This document shows positions 9,799 to 20,736 of a stretch of 64,000 nt of DNA, in pieces. Origin of the DNA: Candidatus Latescibacterota bacterium (GTDB taxonomy: Bacteria > Latescibacterota > UBA2968 > UBA8231); contig CBDAOB010000004.1 of NCBI GenBank assembly GCA_965197905.1, forward strand, positions 1,728,001 to 1,792,000. Direction: 5' to 3'. Every line of letters starts with the position of its first letter. The first letter of the stretch is position 1. The position numbers and the translations under genes were made by a program. The notes under the pieces were generated by a model. It was not told the DNA's origin. It searched no databases and was given only the letters and a program-made list of their open reading frames with translations.

Positions 9799-12700
9799 AT
9801 GTCCCCCTTTTCCAGCTTCGACCCCATGCCCGACTCGGCTAGCCATCCGGATACCACCCTCGCTGAACTGCGCGAGCGTTTATCCACGTGTATGCTCCTG
9901 GATCGGGCTCGCATAGAACGGCGACTTCAGCGACTCGACCGCCACAAAGACCGGGCGAAGGAACTCGGCATTCTGCAGGAAAAGGTCGAGCAGTCACTCC
10001 GTTTGCTTGAGCGCCGGCGGCGGGGGCTGCCGCCAACAAGCTATCCCGAGGAGCTGCCTGTCAGCTCGCGCCGCGCCGAGATTCAACGCGCCATTGAAGA
10101 AAACCAGGTCGTGGTGGTCGCTGGCGACACGGGGTCCGGCAAGTCGACGCAGCTGTCCAAGATCTGTCTGGATGCGGGGCGTGGTGTGCTGGGAAAGATC
10201 GCCTGCACCCAGCCGCGTCGAGTAGCGGCCCTCTCGGTGTCGCGGCGAATCGCTGAGGAGCTGGGCGTAGCTTGGGGACGGGAAATCGGGAGCAAGATTC
10301 GCTTTAAAGACCACACCGCCCCCGAGACCTACATCAAGATGGTGACCGACGGCATCCTCCTGGCAGAGATACAGGGAGACGCGGATTTGTTGGAGTACGA
10401 TACCATCATCGTCGACGAAGCCCATGAGCGCAGCTTGAACATCGATTTCCTCATCGGCTATCTGCGTCTGCTGCGTCGGCGCCGTCCCGACTTGAAGATT
10501 GTCATTACCTCTGCAACCATCGATACGGAAGCGTTCTCGGAGGCATTTGACCAAGCCCCGGTAATCCAGGTGCACGGGCGAATGTTCCCGGTTGAGGTCA
10601 GGTACTGGCCCCTGGAAGAACTGCTCGAGAACCGCGAAGAGTACACCTACATCGACGCCGTGCTCACTGCGGTGGAACAGACCCTTCAGGAAACTCGGGA
10701 AGGGGATGTGTTGGTGTTCCTACCGGGGGAAAACGACATCCTCGAGACCCGCGACCGCCTACGGGACCGCGCCGAAGGGGTGGAGATTCTACCTTTGTTT
10801 GGACGCTTGTCCGCCGCCGACCAACAGCGCATTTTTCGGCGCGGAGACCGCCGGCGCATCGTATTGTCCACCAACGTCGCGGAAACCTCGTTGACAGTTC
10901 CGGGCATTCGTTACGTGGTCGATACGGGCATGGCTCGCATCAGCCGCTACAATGCCCGCACCCACACTCATCGGTTGCCCATCGAACCGGTGTCGCAGAG
11001 TTCGGCGGATCAGCGCAAGGGTCGCTGCGGTCGGCTCGAGGGCGGCATCTGCATTCGGCTCTACGGGGAAGAAGATTTTGAGTCGCGTCCCCGATTCACC
11101 TCTCCCGAACTGCAGCGGGCCAACCTCGCGGACGTGATTCTGCGCATGTTGGCCCAGCGGATCGGCGACGTGCGCACGTTTCCCTTTCTGGACCCTCCCG
11201 GGGAACAGGCGATCCAGGGGGGCATCCAGCAGCTCCAGGAGCTGGGGGCCCTAGACCAGCGCCAACGACTCACCCGCTTGGGTCGGCGTATGGCGCGGAT
11301 GCCGATTGCGCCCACTGTGGCCCGCATGGTGCTGCAGGCAGACCAGGAAGGGGTACTGGGAAGAGGTGCTGGTGGTGGCGGCGGCCATCAGCGTGCAGGA
11401 CCCCCGCGAACGGCCGATGGAGCTGAAGGCTCAAGCGGATGAAATGCACCAGCGCTGCGTGCATCCCGAGTCCGACTTCCTCACCCTGACCAACATATGG
11501 AACGCCTATCGCGGATTGGGGGGGCGGCCGACCCAGGGCCACATGCGCCGGTTCTGCAAACAAAACTTCCTGTCGTTCATGCGGATGCGGGAATGGCACG
11601 ACGTCCACCAGCAGATCAAGGAGACCCTGCGCGAGCTGGGCGGTTTCAAGTGGGGCGGGGGTAAATCGAGCTACGAGGGTGTGCACCGTTCAGTGCTTAG
11701 CGGCCTCTTGAGCAACGTCGCCTTGAAGCATGAACGGAATCTCTACCGCGCCGCCCGTGGCCGTGAGGTGATGATCTTTCCCGGCTCGGGCTTGTTCGTG
11801 CGCGGGGACGCCAAGAAATCGGCCAGTCCAGAGTGGATCGTCGCCGCCGAAATGGTCGAGACATCGCGGCTGTTCGCGCGAACGGTGGCGCGCATCCAGC
11901 CGGAATGGCTCGAAGACCTGGGCACCCACCTGTGCCGTTACTCCCACAAGGAACCGTATTACAACGCGCGCTCGGCGCGGGTGCTGGTGCGCGAGACGGT
12001 AACCTTGCATGGGTTGGAGGTGCTGCAGCGGCGCGTACCGTTCAAACGGATCGATCCCGGAGCGGCGACCGAGATTTTTATTCGCGCGGCCCTGGTTCCG
12101 GGCGTGTTGCGAACCCCGCATCGGTTCCTTGAAAAGAACCTGGAACTGCAAAACAAGGTGGAAACGTGGCAGACGCGCATACGGGAATACCACGGTCTGG
12201 ACGTAGAGGAATCCGCCTTCCAGTTCTCCGCCGCCCGCCTGGAGGATGTTTCATCGGTGCACGATCTGAACCGGGTAGTGCGCGACCGCATTTCCGACGA
12301 CGCGGATTTTCTCACCATGAGCGAGCGCGACTTGGTGGGCACTCGGGACACGGCCGTCAACAGGGTGTCTTTCCCGGATTTCCTGCAGGTGGAAGGCCGT
12401 CAGCTTCCCCTGAGCTACACCTATAGCCCCGGCGCGGAAGAGGACGGGCTGACCCTCGCGCTGCCGTATAAAATGGTGGAAGCCGTCGACCCGGAGGTGC
12501 TCGAGTGGCTCGTTCCGGGGTTTCTGGAGGAGAAGGTGGTCCACCTCCTGCGATCGCTTCCCAAAGCGCTGCGCCGGCAGCTGATCCCCATCCCGCAGAA
12601 AGCCCGCGAGATCGCCGCGGACCTGCGGCCGGACGGAGGGCTGTTCATGGAGACCTTGGCGGCGTTTATCGAGAGCCGCTACGGACTGCGGATCTCACCC

Positions 12701-13720
12701 CAGGATTGGGGTGGGGACCCGCTCCCGAAGCACTTGCAGATGAGGGTTGACATTCAGGGCGCCAATCGACAGACGTTGGTGGCGGGGCGCAACCTGGCCG
12801 GCATGGTTGACCAGCTGGAGCGCCACGATACGCCAGTGGAACTAGAAGCCTGGAAGCAAGCCTTGGAGGAGTGGGAACAAACCGAGCTGCAGACCTGGAC
12901 GTTTGGAGATCTGCCGGAGCGAATCGAGATCACCGAAGTCACCGGAGTTTCGCTGGTTGCCTTTCCCGGAATCGAGGTGGGAGATCGCGGTGTCGATCTG
13001 CGGCTGTATCGAAATCGCCGCGAAGCGCAGACGGCCAGCCGATCGGGGATCTTCCGCCTAACGCAGATTCAATTGGAAGAGGAGCTCGCCTGGCTCGAAC
13101 GAAGTTTGCGGGACCTGGATCAATTCCACCAGACAACCCGGTTCATCGGTGATAAGCAAGCGGTCCGCGAGGCGGCGATGGACCATCTGCAACGGCATCT
13201 CATCTTGGTGCCGGAGCCGCCGGCGCTGCAGGTGACTGCGTTCGAGAGCCTGGTGCAGCGCGCGGTAACCGAATCGAAAGGAATCGGACCGCGCTTTCTC
13301 GATCTGTTTGGCGCAATCATCCATCTGCGGATGTCGATTCAACGCCACCCCCATCCGTACCCTGGCATCGAGGACGATCTCCAGCGCCTTGCCGGCACCG
13401 ATTTCCTCTCAAAAACCCCGTTTGCGCGCCTTCCCCACGTGCAGAGGTATCTCAAGGGGGTTGTCATGCGCGCCGATCGCTTCAGGCTGGACCCGGCCAA
13501 GGACCGACAGAAGGTCGGCCAGCTCGAACCGTTCCAGCAGCAGTTTCAAGAACGCGTCGGGGAACGGTACTCGAGGCAGCGATCGGCAATTCTGCAGGAG
13601 GTGCGGTGGATGCTGGAGGAGTTTCGCATCTCCCTATTCGCTCAGGAGCTGGGCACTGAGCAGCCGGTGTCGGCGAAACGACTGGATCGAAAGTTCGAAG
13701 AGCTGCGGTCGTCCCTGTAG
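9799..13720 (+). CDS. hrpA: ATP-dependent RNA helicase HrpA, split by a 1-nt insertion at about 11358-11360
   Basis: [34 protein letters not shown]-terminal [17 protein letters not shown]; ORFs 9691-11442 and 11306-13720 join as [13 protein letters not shown] if one G is removed. Confidence 0.93.
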
Positions 13721-13877
13721 TGGTGTGTGGGAAGGCGGTGCTAAACTCGCGAAGATTGCTTCCGATATATCGGAGACGTCTCCTCCTGTCCGTCGAGGGT
13801 CCGAGAGACTGTTGGCTTGATTAATTCTGTGGTGGGATTATCTTTTCTCTCTACCGCGATTTAGCTGGGGATCCATA

Positions 13878-14197
13878 ATGGAAGCATTGGAAGTAATCTT
13901 CATGGTGGCGGCCCTAATATTGATGTTCGCCGCTGTGGGGGCCAAAATCTTGACGACGCAACTGATCGGGCGCATGAATCGTCATATTAGCCAGGTTGCT
14001 CAGGTCAAATCCGAGGCAATGGGTCGCTTGAAGGGTGCGCAAAATCAAAAGGCGGTCATCGAGCAGAACCAGAATGTGCTGCTTAGCAAGAAGAATAAAA
14101 TCGCCAAGAAACTCACCCGCCTGAAAAAGAAATGGGCACGTTGCAGGATGAGGAGAGTCAGCGCAAGCAGCGTTCCAGCATGCGCAAGGTCGACTGA
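13878..14197 (+). CDS. Small protein with N-terminal TM helix and coiled coil; frameshift in the A-run at 14124-14128
   Basis: Adding one A gives ...LKKEMGTLQDEESQRKQRSSMRKVD-stop (14197), ending just before a terminator instead of overlapping the opposite-strand gene. Confidence 0.65.
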
Positions 14198-14228
14198 TCC
14201 AAGTGGCTTTCTGATCAGTCTGAATCGT

Positions 14229-14256
14229 CGGCCATCACGGGCTGGCGGTTTTTTTG
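14229..14256 (+). terminator. Probable intrinsic terminator
   Basis: Imperfect GC-rich hairpin followed by a T-run (cggccatcacgggctggcggttttttt). Confidence 0.55.
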
Positions 14257-14276
14257 TGCCCGTTTCGCGCCGCGGC

Positions 14277-15116
14277 TTACAGGTTGGCCGCCATCCACTG
14301 GTAGCAGCGTGCGTACCCCCCGCCCTGGGCGGTCTCGTCCCCTTCGTATTCCGCCGTCCACACCCCTTCATAAGCGTCCAAGCAGTTCAATGCATGATCC
14401 AGGTGGATTTCTCCTTCGCCGAGGACCCGGCCGCGGTAGGCGTCGCGACTGCCGACCCCGTCCTTGAGATGGACGTGAAAGACGTAAGGTGCGAGGATTT
14501 CGTAGAAGTGGTCGACGCGGGCGAGATCGTGGCCGAACCACCGGTAGTTCATGGTATCGAGATTGACGCCGAAACGAGGTGATCCGAGCCGTTCGATCAG
14601 ATCCAGTTGCCACTGACCGTCGTTGGTGGCCAGACCGTGGTTATCGAGAGCGATCCGGACCTGAGTCTCTTCGGCGATCTCGGCGCAGCGTTTGAAGGCG
14701 CCTTCCAACATCGCATCCCACTGCTCGGTGGGCACGAGCCCAGCCCGATTCCAGCCGCCGTCGGTGCGCAAAAGATCGGTGCCCAGAATCGGGGCCAGTT
14801 GGCAGATTTTGCGATAGCGCCTCAGCTGCGCCGTCAGGTCATCCGCATCCGCCTGGAGGAAGTCGTTTCCTGCGGCGATGGCTGAAACAGGCAACCCGTG
14901 GCGGTCCAGAATCTCCCTTGCCGCTGCCGCCGACGCCTCGCCACTGGCCGTTTCTTTCTCGTTCCAGAAATCTGCCGTTTGCAGCTCGCAGTGACCGTAG
15001 CCGATCTCCACGGCTCTCTGGACAAAAGTTTCGAAGTCGTAGCCCGGCCAGTTGTAGTGGATAACACCTAGTCGGCGGATTTGGCCGTCGCTTGTGCTTG
15101 TTGTTCCCGTCGCCAC
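14277..15116 (-). CDS. Sugar phosphate isomerase/epimerase (xylose isomerase-like TIM barrel)
   Basis: LDNHG, NLDTMN, HVHLKD, AEYE metal-binding pattern. Confidence 0.85.
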   Translation of the reverse strand: MATGTTSTSDGQIRRLGVIHYNWPGYDFETFVQRAVEIGYGHCELQTADFWNEKETASGEASAAAAREILDRHGLPVSAIAAGNDFLQADADDLTAQLRRYRKICQLAPILGTDLLRTDGGWNRAGLVPTEQWDAMLEGAFKRCAEIAEETQVRIALDNHGLATNDGQWQLDLIERLGSPRFGVNLDTMNYRWFGHDLARVDHFYEILAPYVFHVHLKDGVGSRDAYRGRVLGEGEIHLDHALNCLDAYEGVWTAEYEGDETAQGGGYARCYQWMAANL

Positions 15117-15775
15117 GGTGGCACGTATCTTCCCTCGACCTTTAGCAGCTCGACCTCATAAATGAGCAGCGAGTTGGGCGGCACGATGCCGGCTTGTTTG
15201 TCCTTATACCCCATTCCCGCAGGAATAATAAACCGTGCCTTGCCCCCCTCGCGCATCTCCTTGATCGCCTTGGTAAAACCGAACGTCGCATAGATGAGAT
15301 TGAGCGGCACGGGTTGATCGTAGTAGTCGTGGAAAACAGTGCCATCCATTATGGAACCGCGATACCGCACGAGAATCGAGTCCTTTGCCCCGGGCCGTTC
15401 GCCGGTTCCCTCTTTGAGCTCCTGGAACACGATGCCGGATGGCAGTCGCCGGGCTCCCTCTTCTGTAGCGGCGTGTGCCAGATATTCTTTCTGTTTCCGG
15501 AAGCGCATCTTCTCAGCCAACGCTCCGACCTTTGGCAAATATTCGCCCAGGTCAACGGCCGCGTCTTTCTTCCGGGCCACGTCGAGGAGACCACGCTTGA
15601 CCGATTTCAACTCGTCCGCGGTGATGTAGCCCTTGAACGGGCCCAGCTTCTCCGCCAGGGTCAACCCCAGAGCGTATAGATTCTTCTCTTCTTCGGTTTG
15701 CTGAACACCCACCCCGCCGCAAGCAACGAACATCCAGGCAGCGGCAGAGGCAATGTAAATGACTGACAAACGCAT
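15068..15775 (-). CDS. FKBP-type PPIase-like lipoprotein (Mip/FkpA-like, degenerate active site)
   Basis: Lipobox-like FVAC, YALG dimerisation helix, VRYRG...PNSLLIYEVELL. Confidence 0.85.
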   Translation of the reverse strand: MRLSVIYIASAAAWMFVACGGVGVQQTEEEKNLYALGLTLAEKLGPFKGYITADELKSVKRGLLDVARKKDAAVDLGEYLPKVGALAEKMRFRKQKEYLAHAATEEGARRLPSGIVFQELKEGTGERPGAKDSILVRYRGSIMDGTVFHDYYDQPVPLNLIYATFGFTKAIKEMREGGKARFIIPAGMGYKDKQAGIVPPNSLLIYEVELLKVEGRYVPPWRREQQAQATAKSAD

Positions 15776-15789
15776 TTTCTCCAGGCCTC

Positions 15790-16467
15790 CTATTCGATTC
15801 CGAGCAGTTCAATTTCGAAGACCAGCGTAGAGCCGGCGGGGATTTTTGGCGTCGGGGGATTGTCGCCGTACGCCAGATCGGAAGGAATAACCAGACGCGC
15901 CTTCCCGCCCACCTGCATCAACTGCAATCCCTCGGTCCATCCTTTTATGACTTCCGTCACCGCAAAGACGATCGGTTTACCCCGTTGCACCGAGCTATCG
16001 AACACCGTTCCGTCGGTCAGCGTGCCGTGGTAGTGTACTTTGACACGATCGGAAACCTTGGGGTGGCTTCCCGTGCCGGCGGTCAGCTCCTGGTACACCA
16101 AGCCGGAGGGGGTCCGGCGGGCACCAGATTCGGACGCGGCTTGGTCGAGAAACGATTCTCCCTTCGATTTCTCGGGGGCGGCGGCGGCCGCCACCCGGGC
16201 TTTTTCCATGGACCTTAACTTCTCCACGCGGTCGGAGGTCAGCTCGAACAATTGGGGGTTGCCGAGGGCGGCATCTTCGAAACCCTTAAGCACCGTATTC
16301 AATTCCTCCTCCGTCAACTTACCCTTCAACTCACCCAGACTCTCGCCAACTGCGAGACCTAGGGCGTAGAGGGTCTTTTGCTTGTCCGTCTTCAGGTCGG
16401 TATCGGCTGCAAGGTGCCCTGGGACACAGAGCGCCAGCCAACCGCAGAGAGCTACCAGGCGAATCAT
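15790..16467 (-). CDS. FKBP-type peptidyl-prolyl isomerase (Mip/FkpA-like)
   Basis: VHYHGTLTDGTVFDSS, VIKGWTEGL, IPSDLAYG, LVFEIELL. Confidence 0.95.
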   Translation of the reverse strand: MIRLVALCGWLALCVPGHLAADTDLKTDKQKTLYALGLAVGESLGELKGKLTEEELNTVLKGFEDAALGNPQLFELTSDRVEKLRSMEKARVAAAAAPEKSKGESFLDQAASESGARRTPSGLVYQELTAGTGSHPKVSDRVKVHYHGTLTDGTVFDSSVQRGKPIVFAVTEVIKGWTEGLQLMQVGGKARLVIPSDLAYGDNPPTPKIPAGSTLVFEIELLGIE

Positions 16468-16555
16468 CAGTTCCTCCTTCAATCCTGCGATGCCAACGAT
16501 CGAAACTTATAATGAAGAGATTGGCGGTTGAGAGTGCAACAGTGAGGTCCCTGTC

Positions 16556-17536
16556 TCAGGCGGGTCGGTGTTCGCGCGCGTAGTGCAGGCGCAGGAAATC
16601 AACCGCGAAATCGTTTTGGATATCGCGCCATACGGCATGGATGTGGTTGGCGTCGTTCTGGGTATTGTCATACTCCGCCAGAAAATTTGACCCCCGGATT
16701 CTGTAGTAGTGTGGAGCACCCAGGTTGGAGGATCCCGCCCAGGCGAAAAGGCAGTTTTCCTGTGAACCCACCGCCACCCGGTTCGTTTCGAGTTGAGCCA
16801 GCGATTCGGGCAGTCTGTCTACGTAGATCTGCACCAGGTCAGCCAGGAGCTCCTGCTGAGCCGCTGTCATTTCCGAGGTGCGGAGCCCTTCGCCGTTGAG
16901 CTCATTCTCCACGTGGGGCAGATTGCGGGTCAGGATATCGCTTGGGGCCTCAAGGCTGAACACCGCCTTGCCGCGTTGATCCTCGTCCAGCATCGACACC
17001 AACGCCCGGCCCAGGTCCTCCTCCTCTTTGAGCGCGCGGAATCCGCTTTTCTCGCCGTGACGCACGTGGGCAGGATTGGCGCCGAAAAAGAGGGGCGCCG
17101 TCCCGAGCTCTCGTCCGTTGACCACCGTAAAGTTGAGTGAGACGTGGTGGCCCTCGAAGCGCCATCCCCAGAGCAGATCGGCCACGGGGTTACCAAAAAT
17201 GCTGACGAAATAAAGTTCGGGATCCCTGGTGAATTTTCGCCCAGGACCTTCGACTGCGGCCAGCACCGGCTCCAGGTCGATGATGGCGCAAACCTTTTCG
17301 TAAGCCCGCTCGCTGAGGCCCGTTTTCACCAGATCGTGAGCCAGCAGCCGCTGCGGAGGGTCCATCTCTTTGAGCGGCAGGCCGGCGCGGTCCCGCGGAA
17401 TATAGTGCCAATTCTTGCGCTCGGTCTCATCGTCGAAGACGAGCACCAACCTCTGCTTTTGCTCCTGGCGCAGCGATTGGATCAACGCGATCGCCGCGTC
17501 CTGCATGCGTTTGATACCGTCGCTTGTCGCGGTCAC
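16556..17536 (-). CDS. DUF3500-like protein
   Basis: WHYIP..R.GL, WGWRFEGHH, HYYRI, NHIHAVWRD; probable GTG start at 17536. Confidence 0.8.
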   Translation of the reverse strand: MTATSDGIKRMQDAAIALIQSLRQEQKQRLVLVFDDETERKNWHYIPRDRAGLPLKEMDPPQRLLAHDLVKTGLSERAYEKVCAIIDLEPVLAAVEGPGRKFTRDPELYFVSIFGNPVADLLWGWRFEGHHVSLNFTVVNGRELGTAPLFFGANPAHVRHGEKSGFRALKEEEDLGRALVSMLDEDQRGKAVFSLEAPSDILTRNLPHVENELNGEGLRTSEMTAAQQELLADLVQIYVDRLPESLAQLETNRVAVGSQENCLFAWAGSSNLGAPHYYRIRGSNFLAEYDNTQNDANHIHAVWRDIQNDFAVDFLRLHYAREHRPA

Positions 17537-17543
17537 CGGGTAG

Positions 17544-18287
17544 TCACTCCCTTCCTGCTGTCCGTCCCGCCAGATCGTCGTGCAGATCAATGGTTGAAAA
17601 GGTCTCTCCGGCCGCGGCCACCGCAATCCGCAGAAATTCCAGCTCATCCTCATGCGGATTGAAGATCCCGTGGCCCTGCTCGATCCCCTGCCAGGTGACC
17701 GAGTCGGGAGCGACTTCGAAGGTGCGATCGTCGATGGTCATCAATCCCCGTCCCCGCAGGATAAAAAAGGATTCCTCGAGCGCCTCGTGGTAATGGTAAC
17801 CCACCGACCCGCCGGACTCGAGGATCGCATGATCCAGATAGGTAAAGGTGCTGGTAAAATCCTTCGGGCCCCAGATGTGTCGTGTGGCAATGCGACCGAA
17901 GCCCCCGTGTATCGCCGGCTGCCAGCTCAGCTTCGTCGCATCAACGGTTTCCCTGGCCGGGGTTCGCGACGCAGCAGTTGCGTTCGTTTCGACGGCCACG
18001 TGTAGGAAGCTGGCTTGCTCATCTTCGCTGTTGATCGCCGAAAACTGATTACCTAGAAACAGATCGCCAGCCCCAAGATTCCCCAGCTCCTCGAGGCTAA
18101 TTCGCCCCTGCAGCACCACCAAAACGCGCTCCTCACCCGTCTCTTCCCTGCAGCAGGTTGCGCCACGGGGCAGTTCGACGTACTCCCAACGTCGCCACGG
18201 AGTCGCAAAAACGTCTGCAAATAGGGCAACGGCACGGGTTTCGCGGGCGGCCAACCGGCCGAGGACGACGTGGTCAGGCACGAGCAT
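17544..18287 (-). CDS. Bicupin protein
   Basis: GYHYHEALEESFFILRG...HGIFN cupin metal motif plus a degenerate N-terminal cupin. Confidence 0.8.
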   Translation of the reverse strand: MLVPDHVVLGRLAARETRAVALFADVFATPWRRWEYVELPRGATCCREETGEERVLVVLQGRISLEELGNLGAGDLFLGNQFSAINSEDEQASFLHVAVETNATAASRTPARETVDATKLSWQPAIHGGFGRIATRHIWGPKDFTSTFTYLDHAILESGGSVGYHYHEALEESFFILRGRGLMTIDDRTFEVAPDSVTWQGIEQGHGIFNPHEDELEFLRIAVAAAGETFSTIDLHDDLAGRTAGRE

Positions 18288-18381
18288 CAGGTCGTTTCAT
18301 GCCTCTTCGATGGTGATGGGCAGACAGCGAAGCCGCGCGGGCGCCAAACAATACTCTGTAACCGCACGGTTTGAAAAATAG

Positions 18382-19587
18382 GTGGCCTCTGTTCGAACAA
18401 CAATAGGAGAGGGTTTGCCTTCAGTTACGATTGATCTTAGGCTTCATACCGCATCTCGCAAAACCTTGAAAAACCGCCTGTCGCGGAGGGTTAGTCTGGC
18501 CAAACGCGATCCAATCGGTGTGGCAATCCTTGGCCTGGGCCGCAGCGGCTACGGGATCCATGCCCGGTGGTTGTCGCAACAGCCGGGAAGGTTTCGCATC
18601 GTCGCCGTGGCCGACCTGTTGGCGGACCGCCGAGATCGGGCCAAACGCGAGTTCGGCTGCGATGCCGTTCGCGACGGCAGAGCGGTTTTGGGCAGAGATG
18701 ATATCGATCTTGTCATAAACGCGCTGCCCTCCCATCTGCATCCGCATGTTTCCATCCAGGTGTTGCGCTCGGGGCACCACCTGGTCTGTGAGAAACCAGT
18801 CGCCAGGAAGACCGCTGAATTCGACCGTGTGGTGGTGGTGGCTCGGCGCGCGCGTCGCATCTTCGTGCCGTTCCACCAGCGTCGTTTCTCACCCAGTTTT
18901 GAGAAGATCAGGTCCGTGATCGACTCGGGGGTTCTGGGCGAGATCGTCAGCATCAATATCGCCTTCAACAGTTTTTCCCGTCGGTGGGACTGGCAGACCT
19001 TGCAGGAGTTCAACGGGGGCAACTTGCTCAACACCGGTCCGCACGTGGTGGACATGGCGTTGTGTCTTCTCGATTTCCACAAGCCGGACAAGATATTCTG
19101 TGCCGTGGGGCGCGCCAACACCGCAGGGGATGCCGAGGACCACGTCAAGCTCGTCTTGCACACGCGTCGCCAACCCGTAGTCGACATCGAGATCTCGTCC
19201 TGCGCGGCTTATCCCACAGCTACCTTCACCATCAATGGCACTCGCGGCGGCTTGACTGGCGGATCCGACGGACTCCGCTGGCAATACTTCGACGCGAAAC
19301 AGGCACCGAAGTTAACGTTGAGCCGCCAACCGATTCCGGGGCCGGCTTACTGTCGCGAAGAATTGGCTTTCACCAAGCGGAGTTGGAAAGCCCGCGGTCG
19401 ACAGGTGGACGAATTCAGCTACATGTGCGGGGCATTCTACCATCAGCTATACGACGCGGTGCGTAGTGGAGCAGCGGTGCCCATTGCCGGCCGTGAGGTT
19501 CGGGTTCTGGTGCAGGTGTTGGAGGAGTGCCGCCGTCAAAACCGGCTGGTTAGGCTGCCCGCAGAAGGCTGGCCGGACTCGGACTGA
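18382..19587 (+). CDS. Gfo/Idh/MocA-family oxidoreductase (true start probably near 18496)
   Basis: GLGRSG, CEKP, GGNLLNTGPH. Confidence 0.9.
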   Translation: MASVRTTIGEGLPSVTIDLRLHTASRKTLKNRLSRRVSLAKRDPIGVAILGLGRSGYGIHARWLSQQPGRFRIVAVADLLADRRDRAKREFGCDAVRDGRAVLGRDDIDLVINALPSHLHPHVSIQVLRSGHHLVCEKPVARKTAEFDRVVVVARRARRIFVPFHQRRFSPSFEKIRSVIDSGVLGEIVSINIAFNSFSRRWDWQTLQEFNGGNLLNTGPHVVDMALCLLDFHKPDKIFCAVGRANTAGDAEDHVKLVLHTRRQPVVDIEISSCAAYPTATFTINGTRGGLTGGSDGLRWQYFDAKQAPKLTLSRQPIPGPAYCREELAFTKRSWKARGRQVDEFSYMCGAFYHQLYDAVRSGAAVPIAGREVRVLVQVLEECRRQNRLVRLPAEGWPDSD

Positions 19588-19589
19588 GC

Positions 19590-20726
19590 TTGAAAAATAC
19601 CCCGACAATCATCGACAGTGGTGCGGCGCTGAAGAACCTGGCAGCCCGGGCCCGAGGTTGTGACCGCATAGCTCTCGACACCGAGTTCGTGTGGGAACGC
19701 ACCTACTATCCACGTCTCGGGTTGATCCAGGTGGGTTTGTCGATGGAGGAATGTTATCTCGTCGACGTGCCGGCCATTGGCGACTTGAAGGTCTTGGGCG
19801 AAGTGCTGGAAGAGCCGACCGTGCAACTCGTGCTGCACGACGCTCCCCAGGACCTGTCGATATTGCGCCGGGTTACCGGAGCTTACCCACGCCACATCTT
19901 CGATACCCGTTGCGCGGCCGGATTTGCGGGGCTTTCCTCCACCTTGTCGCTGAGTGATCTACTCGACGAGCTTCTGGATGTGAGCCTGAGCAAAGCGGCC
20001 TCCCGCACCAACTGGTTGCAGCGGCCCCTGACTGCTGCACAGCTCGACTATGCCGCGGGCGACGTTTGCTACCTCATAGCAGCGAGCGATTGCCTGCTGC
20101 AGTGCGCTCGCGAGCGGAGTTCTGAGGGTTGGCTGGCCGAGGAGATGCGCGCCTACGACCGACGCTCACTGTACGAGGAACGGGATGAGCGAGAGCAGTA
20201 TACGCGGTTAAAGGGTATTTACCGCTGCCAACCCCGGGAGCTGGCCGTGCTGCGCGAACTCGCCGCCTGGCGGGAGCGGGAAGCCCGGCGTCTGGACCGG
20301 CCGCGCTCCCATATCGTCGGCGACCGCACGCTGGTGCATCTGGCGCGGAGTAAACCGAAAACGCTGGAGGATCTCAAGGGATTTCACGGTTTGTCAGAAC
20401 GCAAGATACGCCAATGCGGCGTGGAATTGGTGGCCGCAGCCGCGGCCGGGTTGCGCGCCAAAAAGTGTCCGACCCTGCCCCCGCGTCCACGAGACCCACG
20501 GGCGCGCAAGCGTCATATCGATGCGTTGCTCGATTATGTTCGCCGGCGAGGAGCTGACGTGGGCATCGACCCGCAGCTGGTGACCTCGCGGGCGGAACTC
20601 AAGGACCTGTTTAATGGGGGGGAACAGGCCGTCACCCAACGCATTATGGGCGGCTGGCGCAAGGAATTCATGGGTGATCTGAGTACGGTGGGCGGCGGGG
20701 CCGCCCTGGGTCTGGGTGCTGCCTGA
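19590..20726 (+). CDS. rnd: Ribonuclease D
   Basis: ALDTEF..ERTYYP, FDT, NWLQRPL, YAAGDV, HRDC domain. Confidence 0.92.
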   Translation: MKNTPTIIDSGAALKNLAARARGCDRIALDTEFVWERTYYPRLGLIQVGLSMEECYLVDVPAIGDLKVLGEVLEEPTVQLVLHDAPQDLSILRRVTGAYPRHIFDTRCAAGFAGLSSTLSLSDLLDELLDVSLSKAASRTNWLQRPLTAAQLDYAAGDVCYLIAASDCLLQCARERSSEGWLAEEMRAYDRRSLYEERDEREQYTRLKGIYRCQPRELAVLRELAAWREREARRLDRPRSHIVGDRTLVHLARSKPKTLEDLKGFHGLSERKIRQCGVELVAAAAAGLRAKKCPTLPPRPRDPRARKRHIDALLDYVRRRGADVGIDPQLVTSRAELKDLFNGGEQAVTQRIMGGWRKEFMGDLSTVGGGAALGLGAA

Positions 20727-20736
20727 ACAACGGCGC

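Noticed and set aside
11350..11365. Programmed frameshift or pseudogenisation of hrpA
   Set aside because: One extra G in a short G-run with both halves intact. Similar 1-nt homopolymer indels at about 14126, 52712 and 56462 point to sequencing error. Read mapping would settle it.
14120..14135. -1 ribosomal slippage site
   Set aside because: G_AAA_AAG is not a canonical X_XXY_YYZ heptamer and no stimulatory structure is evident; a missing A is the simpler explanation
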